DNA from: Pedobacter sp.
GTDB taxonomy: Bacteria > Desulfobacterota > Desulfuromonadia > Desulfuromonadales > Syntrophotaleaceae
Length of the DNA: 64,000 nt
Direction of reading: 5' to 3'
Assembly (NCBI GenBank): GCA_050253415.1
Contig: JBFWJC010000001.1
Span: forward strand, 288,001 to 352,000
Both the position numbers and the translations under genes were made by a program. This document shows, piece by piece, positions 21,662 to 32,293 of the stretch (the stretch's first letter is position 1; each line of letters opens with the position of its first letter). Below the pieces are notes generated by a model that saw nothing but the letters and a program-made list of their open reading frames with translations, was not told the origin of the DNA and made no database searches.

Positions 21662-22675
21662 TCAAGCGCAGGGAGGGACATCCTCTCCGGCGAAAGCGGC
21701 CCGGGCTTCCCGCTCCAGATTTTCCGGGCTGCGCTGGTAGCGCGGCGAATGGTGAAAGACCTGCAGGCGGGCCACTCGAGCCAGGTATGCCAGACGTCCC
21801 GCCTGCCAGGCCGTCAAGTGGTTTCGCTGTCGTGCCCGCTCAAGGTCGCGGTGCGCAAACATCGCTTCGATATTCAATATATGTGCGTTTCGGGCCAGCT
21901 CCAGGATGCGTCGGAAATTGCCGAACACCGGTGAACAGTCGGTGACATAAACGACTTTCATCCCTTCCTCCGTCGACGCGATCGCTTCGCGCAGCACGCC
22001 AAGGGGAACCGAACACGTGCCACCCGTCGACAGAGGTACCATGACGTCCGTATCGGGGGCGGAATTTCGCAGAATCAGGTCCTTGAAGTGGACCAGCCAG
22101 GGGCCGGGCATATAGTCATGGCGCTCCAGCGCATCTTTGTGAATGGCAATATGCAGCGGTTCTTCCAGGGAGAAGGCCAGGGACACGATATCCCCATGCG
22201 TCAGACGTGAGGCCCGTATCCGGTACCAGGGGGTCTCATGCAGAATGTCGTTGTGGCAAGGCAACAGGCGCTCTGAATGGGGCCGGAATGCCTGGCTGGC
22301 CGGGAAGGTCACCTCCCGAATCCCTTCGGGCCGCCATTCGCGTACCGTCAATACGAACGGATAGCCATCGACCAGATTCCAGGTATAACCCTGCAGGCGT
22401 GCGGCTATCTGCTTTGCCAGGCCGGCCGGTCCGTACATCAGCAAGGTCAGATCTCTGGCCAGAAAGGTGCGCAGCAGCAGGTCGAACCCGACCAGATGAT
22501 CGATATGAGCGTGGGAAAGAAACAGCAGGCGGGTTTTGAGCAGCTCCCCGGGCGCAAGGGCATGCAGGTCGCCACAGTCGAACAGTAGCGCCTCGCCCCG
22601 GTAGGCGAGGCGCACATACAGCGCCGGATCACCGAAGGGGCCGTTGACAAGCCGGGGGAAAAAAACCGATCGCAT
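21662..22675 (-). CDS. Ribonuclease Z-like metallo-beta-lactamase
   Basis: SHAHIDH, YVTDC and FHHSPRY motifs. Confidence 0.75.
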   Translation of the reverse strand: MRSVFFPRLVNGPFGDPALYVRLAYRGEALLFDCGDLHALAPGELLKTRLLFLSHAHIDHLVGFDLLLRTFLARDLTLLMYGPAGLAKQIAARLQGYTWNLVDGYPFVLTVREWRPEGIREVTFPASQAFRPHSERLLPCHNDILHETPWYRIRASRLTHGDIVSLAFSLEEPLHIAIHKDALERHDYMPGPWLVHFKDLILRNSAPDTDVMVPLSTGGTCSVPLGVLREAIASTEEGMKVVYVTDCSPVFGNFRRILELARNAHILNIEAMFAHRDLERARQRNHLTAWQAGRLAYLARVARLQVFHHSPRYQRSPENLEREARAAFAGEDVPPCA

Positions 22676-22753
22676 CGGTTATGCCTTCCTGGTGCGGGGC
22701 CGCCATGGTGCCGGTCGTTGTCATGTTGGACAACGACCGGCGAGACCGGCAAT

Positions 22754-24127
22754 TCATTTGGTTTTTACAGTAGTGTAAATGGTCTGATCGCGGCGTTGAA
22801 CCAGCAGTCGCACTACCTTGTCGCTGCCTATTTTGCTCAGCAACTGCCGCAACGCGGAGGTTGAGGTAACGGAAGTACCGTTGACTTCCAGGATAACGTC
22901 GCCGGCGAGCACTTTCTCCGAGGCGGGACCGTTCGGTTCGACAGCTGTAACCAGCACGCCCTTTTCAACGCTCAGGCGATAGCGGCTGGCCACTTCGGGA
23001 GTGATATCGGTCAACGACAGACCGAGCGCCATCTCGGCTTTTTTCTCTTTGGTTTCTGCCGGTTGTTTTTCCTGGGAACCGATGGTCACATTGATGTGTT
23101 TCTGGCGTCCGTCACGGAACAGGGTCAGCCGCGCTTTCCCGCCAACCGGCAGGTCTGCCACCTTCTTGGGGAGATCGGCGAGGGTTTTGAGCGTTTCGCC
23201 GTTAACCTCAAGGATGATATCGCCTCTTTGCAAACCGGCCTTCTGGGCGGGGGATCCCTCCTGGACATCGGTAATCAGGGCGCCGCCGGCTTTTTTCAAG
23301 CCGAAAGAATCCGCCAGGTCCTGGGTGACTTCTTGTACCGATACGCCGATCCAGCCGCGAACCACATGGCCGGTATCCCGCAGTTGCGGGAGAATGCTTT
23401 TTGCCGCATTAACCGGTATGGCAAAGCCGATACCCTGTCCGCCGGCCACGATGGCAGTATTGATCCCAATTACCTGGCCGGCCTCGTTAAACAGTGGGCC
23501 GCCAGAATTGCCGGGATTGATGGAGGCGTCCGTCTGGATAAAGTCGTCGTAAGGCCCGGCGCCGATCACCCGTCCCTTGGCAGAGACGATGCCGACGGTT
23601 ACGGTCTGTTCCAATCCAAAAGGGTTGCCAATGGCCATGACCCATTCACCGACCTTGAGCTTGTCACTGTCACCCAGTTCGGCGACCGGCAACTGTTCCT
23701 GTCCCACATCGATCTTGACCAGCGCCAGGTCAAGTTTAGGATCGAGACCCTGAACGGCACCACTGAATTCGCGGCCGTCAGAAAGGCGCACTTTGATGAC
23801 ATCGGCTTCATCCACCACGTGATCATTGGTCAGGATGTAGCCATCGGCTGAAATGATGAAACCGGATCCCAGGGAGCGCTCCTTGCGGGGCGTCTGCTGT
23901 CCCTGAAAGAAGCGATCAAAGAATTCCTCCAAAAAATCGTTGTAGGGAGATGGCTGTCCGGGGAAAACCGGTCTTTGGGAGCGAACGGTTTTTGACGTAC
24001 TTATGTTGACGACCGAGGGCTTGAGGTTTCCCGCCAGTTCGGCAAAGTCGGGAACCGCAAACGCCTGGGCGGCCAGCAGCAGCAACGCCACGCAACCAAA
24101 TAGAATTCGACACGACTTGACCTTCAT
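22754..24127 (-). CDS. degP: DegP/HtrA serine protease with two PDZ domains
   Basis: TNDHVV and IQTDASINPGNSGGP motifs; signal peptide. Confidence 0.9.
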   Translation of the reverse strand: MKVKSCRILFGCVALLLLAAQAFAVPDFAELAGNLKPSVVNISTSKTVRSQRPVFPGQPSPYNDFLEEFFDRFFQGQQTPRKERSLGSGFIISADGYILTNDHVVDEADVIKVRLSDGREFSGAVQGLDPKLDLALVKIDVGQEQLPVAELGDSDKLKVGEWVMAIGNPFGLEQTVTVGIVSAKGRVIGAGPYDDFIQTDASINPGNSGGPLFNEAGQVIGINTAIVAGGQGIGFAIPVNAAKSILPQLRDTGHVVRGWIGVSVQEVTQDLADSFGLKKAGGALITDVQEGSPAQKAGLQRGDIILEVNGETLKTLADLPKKVADLPVGGKARLTLFRDGRQKHINVTIGSQEKQPAETKEKKAEMALGLSLTDITPEVASRYRLSVEKGVLVTAVEPNGPASEKVLAGDVILEVNGTSVTSTSALRQLLSKIGSDKVVRLLVQRRDQTIYTTVKTK

Positions 24128-24307
24128 GGATATCCTCCGCATAAGTGATGATAGCTGGTTGGAATCCCCCGTTGCAAAACGTGGTTAGCTGAAAATGTAA
24201 TCATTCGGAACGGATGTGTCAACTCGGAGGGGATGCTACCAGGGCTGCCGCAGGTCCGGCAGTGGAGGGAGAAGCCAAACGCGGAGCGGCCTAAGTCGCC
24301 TCACCCG

Positions 24308-25747
24308 CTAGGATGGGGAGTGGTCGTTGTCGGAGGAATTTTGTGGTCCCCGGCTAGGCAGATAAACGGTAAAGGCGCTGCCCGCCCCGTTGACCGAGGC
24401 AACCTCGACGCGTCCGCCATGGGCCTTGACAAACGATTCAACGATAGCCAGTCCGAGGCCGGTGCCACCATCCTCACGATTGCGCGCTTTATCAACACGG
24501 TAAAAACGATCGAAAATATACGGCAGATGTTCGGGCGGGATACCGATTCCGGTATCGGAGACTTTGACAACCGCCTCTTCGTCCGCCACGGACAGGGAAA
24601 TTTCGACGCGGCCGTTTTCCGGTGTATAGTTGACGGCGTTGGCGATCAGATTGAGAAAAACCTGGCGTAAACGCATCTCGTCACCCAGAATGCGGATTTC
24701 CTCGGTCACATTGGGGTTGAGTACCAACTCGATAGATTTTGGCTGAGCCAACGAGCGGCCCTGCATGTAGAGTTCCTGCAGCAGGTCACTGAGGCTCATT
24801 TCCTTGATGGTCAGGGGTTTCTGGCCTGCTTCACTCTTGGCCAGTAGCAGCAGATCCTCGATGATCCGGTTCATCCGGTCGATCTCTTCCATGTTCGAGG
24901 CGAGGATCTTGCGAAACTCCTCCGGTTTCTTAGCCCAGCGCAGGGCCACTTCGGTTTCCCCTTTAAGGATTGTCAGGGGGGTGCGCAACTCGTGGGAGGC
25001 ATCGCCGGAAAACTGTTTGATTTTGCGGAAAGATTCTTCCAGACGCCCCAGCATGGCATTGAAGGTTTCTGCAAGATGGGAGAGTTCGTCGCCGGAGGAA
25101 CGAACCGGCAAGCGGTGCGAGAGGCTGTCCACATTGATGCGACGCATGGCTCGGGTGAGGTTTTCAACCGGTGCCAGGGCCCTTCCGGCCAGAAACCAGC
25201 CCAGAATGGCCACCAACAGCAAGGCCATGGGACTGAATACCAGCAGCAGCGTGCGGAGTTCCTGCAGAGGTTCCTGAACCAGGCCCAGACCGGTGCCAAC
25301 CTGCAGGAACAACACCTCATTCGTGCTGGTCGTCAGCGCCAGGGTCAGAAGGCGCATCGGATAGGGACCGGCTTTATCCCTGGCGGTTTCCAGCACCATC
25401 CCTTGCACAGCCGCCGTCTTTAGCGTCTTGAGGTCTACGGACGGCGCATTGCCGATACTGCTGCACCCATCGCACAGCGATTGACCGGCGCCATCCACCA
25501 GCCGAAAAAAATGCCCCTGCCGATGGCGCCGGACGAATTCGCAGAAAACCCGGCATCGATCCTGCCCGGAAAAGCCCTGCGCCAAGGCAGGGCTTTCATC
25601 GGTCAATTTGATCAGTCGCTGGTCTGTCTGTCGCAGCAGACTGCTTGACAGTTGCTGGTACCAGACACAGCCGCTCACCACCAGCACCACGACGATTGTC
25701 AGGGTGTACCAGGCGGTAAGCCGAAATCGCAGGGAGTGGAAGAACAA
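24308..25747 (-). CDS. Sensor histidine kinase (HAMP-HisKA-HATPase, CusS/BaeS-like)
   Basis: DASHELRTP, NLIANAVNY and GGTGLGL motifs. Confidence 0.92.
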   Translation of the reverse strand: MFFHSLRFRLTAWYTLTIVVVLVVSGCVWYQQLSSSLLRQTDQRLIKLTDESPALAQGFSGQDRCRVFCEFVRRHRQGHFFRLVDGAGQSLCDGCSSIGNAPSVDLKTLKTAAVQGMVLETARDKAGPYPMRLLTLALTTSTNEVLFLQVGTGLGLVQEPLQELRTLLLVFSPMALLLVAILGWFLAGRALAPVENLTRAMRRINVDSLSHRLPVRSSGDELSHLAETFNAMLGRLEESFRKIKQFSGDASHELRTPLTILKGETEVALRWAKKPEEFRKILASNMEEIDRMNRIIEDLLLLAKSEAGQKPLTIKEMSLSDLLQELYMQGRSLAQPKSIELVLNPNVTEEIRILGDEMRLRQVFLNLIANAVNYTPENGRVEISLSVADEEAVVKVSDTGIGIPPEHLPYIFDRFYRVDKARNREDGGTGLGLAIVESFVKAHGGRVEVASVNGAGSAFTVYLPSRGPQNSSDNDHSPS

Positions 25748-26419
25748 TCAGCCCTCCTTGAGGACGTACCCCACGCCGCGCACGGTGTGAATCAGTTTTT
25801 TGTCGAAATCCCGATCGACTTTCTTGCGCAGGTAGTTGACATACACGTCGATAATATTGGTAAACGAGTCGAAGGTGTAGTCCCACACATGTTCGGCGAT
25901 CATGGCCCGGGTAAGGACCTGGTTGGGATTGCGGATGAAGTATTCGAGCAGGGCGTATTCCTTTGCCGTCAGATCGATTTCCTGGTCAGAGCGCCAGACT
26001 TTGTGCGTAACAGGATCCAGGCGCAGATCGGCAAAGTTAATTTCGGCACCGCGATCTTTGGCACTACGGCGCAACAAGGCCTTAACGCGAGCCAGCAATT
26101 CACTGAAGGCGAAAGGCTTGGTCAGGTAGTCGTCGCTGCCTGAATCCAGCCCGGAAACGATATCCTCAACCGAGTCCTTGGCGGTCAGGCAAAGTACCGG
26201 CGTTGCTACATCTTTGGCGCGCAGTTCCTTAATGACTTCCAAGCCATCCTTTTTGGGCAGCATGAGGTCCATCAGGATGATGTCATAAGGGTTGTTTTCG
26301 GCCAGATAGAGACCTTCTTCGCCGTCAAAAGCCACATCCACGGTGAATGCTTCCTCTTCGAGGCCCCGCTTAATGAAGCTTGCTACTTTTTTTTCATCTT
26401 CTACGACGAGTACGCGCAT
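25748..26419 (-). CDS. OmpR-family response regulator (CusR-like)
   Basis: MRVLVVEDE, DDYLTKPF and IHTVRGVGY motifs. Confidence 0.93.
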   Translation of the reverse strand: MRVLVVEDEKKVASFIKRGLEEEAFTVDVAFDGEEGLYLAENNPYDIILMDLMLPKKDGLEVIKELRAKDVATPVLCLTAKDSVEDIVSGLDSGSDDYLTKPFAFSELLARVKALLRRSAKDRGAEINFADLRLDPVTHKVWRSDQEIDLTAKEYALLEYFIRNPNQVLTRAMIAEHVWDYTFDSFTNIIDVYVNYLRKKVDRDFDKKLIHTVRGVGYVLKEG

Positions 26420-26810
26420 AGTCGCTTCCTTTCTTTCAATGATGGAAACGGTCAGATTTTGGGTTTGCACTGTTTCCGGTTAAAAGTTGAAATTCTCGGT
26501 AAAACTTTAACGGCTTCATTTTGTCGAAGACCATTTGCCGGTTTCCGTCCCGGGTCCATCGGCCCGGCACGGTTTGTTGCTGAAGGCACCGCGAAAATGG
26601 TGTAATAGTTGTTTGACAAACGCTATTGTCAAGCGGCACGTGATCTTTTTTTAAAAACCAAGCGCGTTGCTAAAAAAATCTGACAGCACTTATTTCATGA
26701 ATTTTACATTAAAAGATTAGCAATAAAAAACAATCCCGCAAGCGTTCTGCGATAAAATACGTAAGTCTTTGAATCATGCACCGTAGCGCGCACGGATGAG
26801 GGAAACCCTG

Positions 26811-26839
26811 TTGAATTTCCCCTCCCCCGCAGGTATAAT
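26811..26839 (+). promoter_or_regulatory. Putative sigma70 promoter for prmA
   Basis: TTGAAT-N17-TATAAT upstream of prmA. Confidence 0.55.
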
Positions 26840-26963
26840 CGGGCACATATTTACCAGCCAAGGTATGTCCCTCATTAAAGTGCGCTTGCGATTACACTCG
26901 ATCTACAAGGTTTTTGTCAAGTATTTTATTGCCTTCATCCGAGTCCTTTGATAAACAGTGCGA

Positions 26964-27887
26964 ATGAATGAAATCTGGCTACAAATTAATATCAGCGTAC
27001 CCGCCGCCGGCATCGATCTGGTCTGTCATGAATTGACCGAACTTGGATCGGAGGGCATTACCGTGGAAGAACGGTCCCTGGATACATTTGTCATCCCCGA
27101 TCCGGATGCCGATATCCCGGAAACATTAACCATCAAAGCCTATTTTCCCCCGGATGTCTCGGAAACCGGACTTGCCCAGCAGGTCTTCGAGCGGCTGACC
27201 TGGCTGGCTCCCTTGATCCCCGGTCTGGAACCTTGCCTGCCGGAGATCTGTCAGGTCCGCGACGAAGACTGGGCGGAAAACTGGAAGCAGCATTTCGGAA
27301 TATTGCGCATCGGCTCACGACTGGTGATCCGCCCCACCTGGGAAGATTTTACCCCCGGCCCGATGGATGCGGTTCTCACCCTGGATCCCGGTATGGCTTT
27401 TGGCACGGGGAGCCACGCCACGACCCGCCTGTGTCTGGAAGCTCTGGCGGAACTTTATGAAAACCCACCCGGTCCGCAGCGTGTCCTCGATGTCGGCACC
27501 GGCTCCGGGATCCTTGCGGTGGCGGCCGCAGTGTTGGGGGCCCGGAACGTTTTGGGCTGCGACATCGATGAGACGGCCTGTCAGGTAGCCGTTGACAACG
27601 CCCGGCAAAATGGCGTTGAGGAGTGGATAGCGGTCACCCTTGATCCACTGGAATCCCTGGATGGTTCTTTTGAAGTGGTGCTGGCCAATATCCTGGCGGA
27701 GGAAAATGCGCGCCTGGCCCCTGAATTGATTCAGCGACTTGCGCCCGGAGGGGTGTTGATCCTTTCCGGCATTTTGCAGGAAAAAGAACAACTGGTCATC
27801 GATGCCTTCGCCGATCGCGGCCTTGAAGGCCCCGATATCAGGCGCCAGGATGAATGGTCCTGTCTGTGTTATCGCAAGGAAATATGA
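26964..27887 (+). CDS. prmA: Ribosomal protein L11 methyltransferase
   Basis: LDPGMAFGTGSHATT, VLDVGTGSGIL and LANILA motifs. Confidence 0.95.
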   Translation: MNEIWLQINISVPAAGIDLVCHELTELGSEGITVEERSLDTFVIPDPDADIPETLTIKAYFPPDVSETGLAQQVFERLTWLAPLIPGLEPCLPEICQVRDEDWAENWKQHFGILRIGSRLVIRPTWEDFTPGPMDAVLTLDPGMAFGTGSHATTRLCLEALAELYENPPGPQRVLDVGTGSGILAVAAAVLGARNVLGCDIDETACQVAVDNARQNGVEEWIAVTLDPLESLDGSFEVVLANILAEENARLAPELIQRLAPGGVLILSGILQEKEQLVIDAFADRGLEGPDIRRQDEWSCLCYRKEI

Positions 27888-28625
27888 ATGCATCGTTTTT
27901 TTGTCGCGGCGGAGGCTTTGCAGGCTGATAATATCGACCTGCCGGAGGAGATACTGCGGCATATAGCGGTGCTTCGCCTTGCCAGGGGGGAAGAAATCCT
28001 CCTTTTGGATGGCCATGGCAACCTGTGTCATTGCCGTATCGATCAGCTGGATCGCAAACGCGGTGCAGTCGTGGTTCTGAGCCGGCACTCGGAGTGCGAG
28101 AAGGTATTTCCCATCGAGCTTATGCAGGCCCTGCCCAAGGCCGATAAAATGGATCTGGTTCTGCAGAAGGGGACCGAACTCGGCATCAACCGTTTCACTC
28201 CTTTGCAAACCAGCCGTAGCGTTCCGCGTTTGGCGAATCAGCGCGAGGAACAGCGCCGTCAGCGCTGGTTGCGCATCATTCGCGAAGCGGCACGTCAATG
28301 TCGCCGGCCGCTGTTGCCGGAACTCGGCGAGATCTGCACGCTGGACGAGGCGCTGGCAAACTGTCATAGTGAACTGCGTCTTATGTTGTGGGAAGAGGGC
28401 AGCCAGCCACTGGAAACCACTCTGCCTGAGAAGGCCCCTTCGGGAGCAACGGTGCTTATTGGCCCGGAAGGCGGATTCTCGGAACAAGAGGCGGAGATTG
28501 CCCGGCGCCATGGGTTCATCCCGGTGTTATTCGGCCCGCGTATTTTGCGTAGTGAAACAGCAGGATTTGCTGCTGCGACCATTTTGCAATACCGTTATGG
28601 CGATCTGGGAGCGTGTCGGAGTTAG
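27888..28625 (+). CDS. rsmE: 16S rRNA m3U1498 methyltransferase
   Basis: QKGTELG, IGPEGGFS and RILRSETA motifs. Confidence 0.95.
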   Translation: MHRFFVAAEALQADNIDLPEEILRHIAVLRLARGEEILLLDGHGNLCHCRIDQLDRKRGAVVVLSRHSECEKVFPIELMQALPKADKMDLVLQKGTELGINRFTPLQTSRSVPRLANQREEQRRQRWLRIIREAARQCRRPLLPELGEICTLDEALANCHSELRLMLWEEGSQPLETTLPEKAPSGATVLIGPEGGFSEQEAEIARRHGFIPVLFGPRILRSETAGFAAATILQYRYGDLGACRS

Positions 28626-28710
28626 GGACGTATTTTTTCTCAAGTTCATCGCACTCCCGGGTGTGAAACAGATTTGAAATTAGAGCAAGTAGCTTTGCGG
28701 AGGAATTGTC

Positions 28711-29958
28711 ATGAAATGCCCCAAGTGCGGTTTTCAGAGTTTTAATTACCTGCCCAACTGTAAAAAATGTGGCCGGGATCTTTCTGAAATGCGCGACAAA
28801 TACCGCCTTGGTGATCCTGTTCTGCCGCAGTATCAGGCCCAAAAGACCGCGGGGCCTGCGCAACCCATGGTTGATGATCCTTTCGAGACGACCTTGCCCG
28901 ATGAAAAGGATATCTCTTGTACCGCCAACCTGGCTTCCCTGCCGGATGATGAGGTCGATGCGGAGCTGGCAGATTACTTCGACGAAATAAACGCAATCGA
29001 TCCCGAACTTGCGGCAACCCTCGATCCGGACGCAGACTGGGCCGAAAACGCGTTGACTATGGACACCTTTGGTCTCGAAGCGGGTGAGCCTGTCGAGCCC
29101 GTTCTGCCAGAAGACGAACCGGTTCATGGCGTCACGCCGGCAACAGATGATTTTTTCATGGATGATGATCCGCTGTCCGCAGAAATTCCGGTTTCCGCAG
29201 CGGGCGGATTGGGTGACGAAGTCGAAGAAGCCCCGGACGGTTCGGACGCCACGCAAATTCTGTCAGATGATGACTTTCCGTCGGCAGATGATGAGGATCT
29301 CGATGATTGGTTGCTTGATGGAGCTGAGCCTTCCTGGCGCCGTACCGCGGCAGCCATCCCTGCGGTAGAGACAAAGGCTTTTTCAAGTGTCGATGATGAT
29401 TTCAGGCTCAGTGATGATAACGCCTCGGGCCTTGCTGACGATCAGCCGCAGGTTTTCGTCCAGGAACAGGCGGAACTGCCCTTTGAAAATACCCCGGAGA
29501 CGACCAAACAACGGGCTTCCTTGCCTGCTCGCCTGTTGGCTATCCTCCTCGATACAGGGATGCTGGCTGCCATTCTGGCGCTGTTTGTGTTGGCGGGAGA
29601 GTATCTCCGTCGGGGACAAGGCGTTCTGGTCTGGCCGCATCCTCAGGATTTAACCGCGCAAGCCGGCCCTTATTTCCTGGTGTTTTTCGGCTTGGCCTTT
29701 GGTTACTTCACCGTGTTTCATTATCTGGGCGGGCAGACACCGGGTAAAATGGCGAGCAAGCTCCTGGTTGTCGACATCAACGGGGAACCCTTGCAATTGT
29801 CGCAAGCCTTCTTACGCAGCGTGGGCGGGCTGATATGCCTGTTGCCGGTGGGGCTTGGCTTTTTTTCGGCGCTTTTTAATCGCGAAGGGCGGGGATGGAA
29901 TGATCGTTTGGCCGGTAGCGTGGTGATCTCTGCCAATGAGGGGGAGAGCGAAAGCTGA
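28711..29958 (+). CDS. Protein with N-terminal zinc ribbon, acidic linker and C-terminal RDD domain
   Basis: CPKC..CKKC; D/E-rich middle; RLLAILLD, GQTPGK and WNDRLAGS motifs. Confidence 0.8.
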   Translation: MKCPKCGFQSFNYLPNCKKCGRDLSEMRDKYRLGDPVLPQYQAQKTAGPAQPMVDDPFETTLPDEKDISCTANLASLPDDEVDAELADYFDEINAIDPELAATLDPDADWAENALTMDTFGLEAGEPVEPVLPEDEPVHGVTPATDDFFMDDDPLSAEIPVSAAGGLGDEVEEAPDGSDATQILSDDDFPSADDEDLDDWLLDGAEPSWRRTAAAIPAVETKAFSSVDDDFRLSDDNASGLADDQPQVFVQEQAELPFENTPETTKQRASLPARLLAILLDTGMLAAILALFVLAGEYLRRGQGVLVWPHPQDLTAQAGPYFLVFFGLAFGYFTVFHYLGGQTPGKMASKLLVVDINGEPLQLSQAFLRSVGGLICLLPVGLGFFSALFNREGRGWNDRLAGSVVISANEGESES

Positions 29959-30032
29959 GCCCGGAGTATGCACTGCCTGGAAGGCCTGCCATACAAGGAT
30001 GGAATGAAGCATACGGAATCGTGATCAAAAAA

Positions 30033-31085
30033 TTACTGTTGGGCAAGTTTGTTTCGCAGGATCAGGATTTCCAGCGCGCAGGCTGCCTTGCCTAAAAGTT
30101 TTTGCAGGTCGATCATGCGTTCGCTGAGGGCTTGCCGACTGTCCTCCACATACAGCACTCCCACCGTTCTCCCCGCCAGAATCAGCGGCAACAGGGCAAT
30201 TCTTTCGGACGCCGCTCCCAGCGATTGGCTCAGGTGCTGAATGAGGGGCGGTTCGGGGATGCGGCCCAGAAACGGACTTTTGCCGTACAACACCGATTTT
30301 AGCACCGCGCTGCCTGCAACCGGTATTTTTACCTCGGTAAAGCCGGGCACTGATTGATCGCCGATCAAACCCCTCCAGCCGCATAGCATCTCATCCCGTA
30401 ACAAAAACAGTCCCATGCGCTCGAATTCACCGGCCAGTTGCGCAGCCAGCGCATCCGCTACGTCCTCGCGGTTGCGGGCCGCAGACAGGTCGGCATTCCG
30501 TGCGGTGGCCGGCAATGCCGGAGTTGGCGCCGGCTCGTCCTCAACGATCTCTGCCTCTTCCAGCAGTGATTCGTCTATCTCGGCGTCTAACGGCGGAACC
30601 GCGATGTCTGCTTCCGGGCGTATCTGCTCGATCAGTAACCGTTCTCGCTCCGGCAGGTCTTTGCGGTAGCAGCGGGAAATCGCCAACAACAAGCGGCATT
30701 CGGGCGCTACCTGGGGTGCCAGCGGATACCCCACCAGCTCACTCAGAGTGTTCAACCTCTCCTGATCACTAGGGTCAGCCATGGCGATCACCAGGCCTTG
30801 TTGACTCAGGCGCAGCGGCAGAGCCCGATGCTTGAGGGCCTGCTCCATGGACAGAAATTCCCGCATCACCGGAGACAGCTCCTGCACATGCTCCGGCTCA
30901 AAATAAGGTCGTTTGAGCTGGCGGCTCAGCAGATGCGCCAGACGATCCTGGCCGATGCCGGTCAGAATAAGCGTGCTGGTGCTGACAGCCATGTCGCCAT
31001 TGCCGGCGTGCCGCAGTATTTCATCGCTCAGTTGTTGGGACAGCATGCCGGTACGAACCAGCAGCTCCAGCAAAGTGCTCGCCAT
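30033..31085 (-). CDS. GspE/PilB N-terminal (MshEN-like) domain protein with GAF-like C-terminus
   Basis: LLELLVRTGML, ALPL..LVIAMADP; no Walker A motif seen. Confidence 0.65.
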   Translation of the reverse strand: MASTLLELLVRTGMLSQQLSDEILRHAGNGDMAVSTSTLILTGIGQDRLAHLLSRQLKRPYFEPEHVQELSPVMREFLSMEQALKHRALPLRLSQQGLVIAMADPSDQERLNTLSELVGYPLAPQVAPECRLLLAISRCYRKDLPERERLLIEQIRPEADIAVPPLDAEIDESLLEEAEIVEDEPAPTPALPATARNADLSAARNREDVADALAAQLAGEFERMGLFLLRDEMLCGWRGLIGDQSVPGFTEVKIPVAGSAVLKSVLYGKSPFLGRIPEPPLIQHLSQSLGAASERIALLPLILAGRTVGVLYVEDSRQALSERMIDLQKLLGKAACALEILILRNKLAQQ

Positions 31086-31298
31086 GACGACACCATGGCA
31101 GACGTAAACGCTCCGGTCTGCCTTATTCCCTCAATAATTCCCCTGATGGGATAAATAATCCAAATACAAATCGCTATCGAACTTGAAGCGCCGTGTCGCT
31201 TGGACGCAAAAATGTCCGTTGGTTTAACCCGACTCGATCCCGCTGCAATCAAATGTTAGAAGACTCGGTACGGGATCGGCACGGGCGTTCCGAAGCCA

Positions 31299-31922
31299 TC
31301 AACCCATGCGCAGAGTCAAAAAACTCTCCAGGTCAGGGCAGCGCAGATAGGGATTGTGCTGCCGCTCAAACTCAATGGTGGAATACGGCCGGGGGCCGTA
31401 ATCATGACCGGGAAACACCAGCGTTTCGCCGGGGAAAGCGGCCAGTCGCCGTAAACTGGCATACATGGCCGCCGGATCGCTGCCGGGCATATCCGCGCGG
31501 CCGACTTTGGTGACAAACAGCGTATCTCCGGTTATCAGCGCGCCCGGCGGATTCAAGGCAATATCGGCCGGGGTATGGCCGGGTGTGTGCAAGATCTTTA
31601 CCGGATTCGCGCCAATCATCAGCACATCGCCATCTTCCAGCGCCTTGTCGACGCGGACGCCTGCCAGCGGGTGGGCCGCGAGCTTTGCCCCCGTAGCCTC
31701 CAATATCAAAGCGTTGCCGGATATGTGATCACGGTGGCCGTGGGTATTGACCAGCCAGCCAAGCTTGACGTGATGCTGATGAATAGCATCCAGCAGGTGC
31801 TGCGGTTCCAGCGATGGGTCGACAGCTATCCCCTGGCGCGTTTCGGGGCAAAACAGCAGATAGGCGAAATTGGCCATTTCTCCAGCCGGGATCTGTATAA
31901 TCTCAAGCGCGCCAACCGTCAT
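31299..31922 (-). CDS. MBL-fold hydrolase (glyoxalase II-like)
   Basis: THGHRDH, HTPGHT, TGDTLF and PGHDY motifs. Confidence 0.88.
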   Translation of the reverse strand: MTVGALEIIQIPAGEMANFAYLLFCPETRQGIAVDPSLEPQHLLDAIHQHHVKLGWLVNTHGHRDHISGNALILEATGAKLAAHPLAGVRVDKALEDGDVLMIGANPVKILHTPGHTPADIALNPPGALITGDTLFVTKVGRADMPGSDPAAMYASLRRLAAFPGETLVFPGHDYGPRPYSTIEFERQHNPYLRCPDLESFLTLRMG

Positions 31923-32137
31923 TGCCAGTCCTCCACCACAGGTGTCCCCGGTGTTCGTTGAATTTCTCCATCGATGATGCAAAAAGAATCTCCGGTGGCA
32001 CGCGCCACCCAGCGGTCCCCTTCTTCCGGTGGTAGCGGAAACTCGCGACCGCCCAGGAAGACATCTTCACCGTCTATCCTCCCCCACCATTCCAGGGAAC
32101 CGGTCTGCCAGATCTTGGTTTTCAGATTATATGCCAT
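31919..32137 (-). CDS. Small hypothetical protein
   Basis: 72-aa ORF after a GGAG RBS, overlapping the next start (ATGA). Confidence 0.65.
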   Translation of the reverse strand: MAYNLKTKIWQTGSLEWWGRIDGEDVFLGGREFPLPPEEGDRWVARATGDSFCIIDGEIQRTPGTPVVEDWQ

Positions 32138-32293
32138 AAAAACGGAGCTCCTGTGCAAAAAAAGTCACTTTATCATACGTCAGGTGCTCCTATCGGTCAA
32201 TTCAGAGGATCTGTACCCTTGTGATAAATGCAGGATTTTTCTATAATCACCGTTTACGTTCAAACGACCATCCCAGACAGAAAGGCCCTTTCC

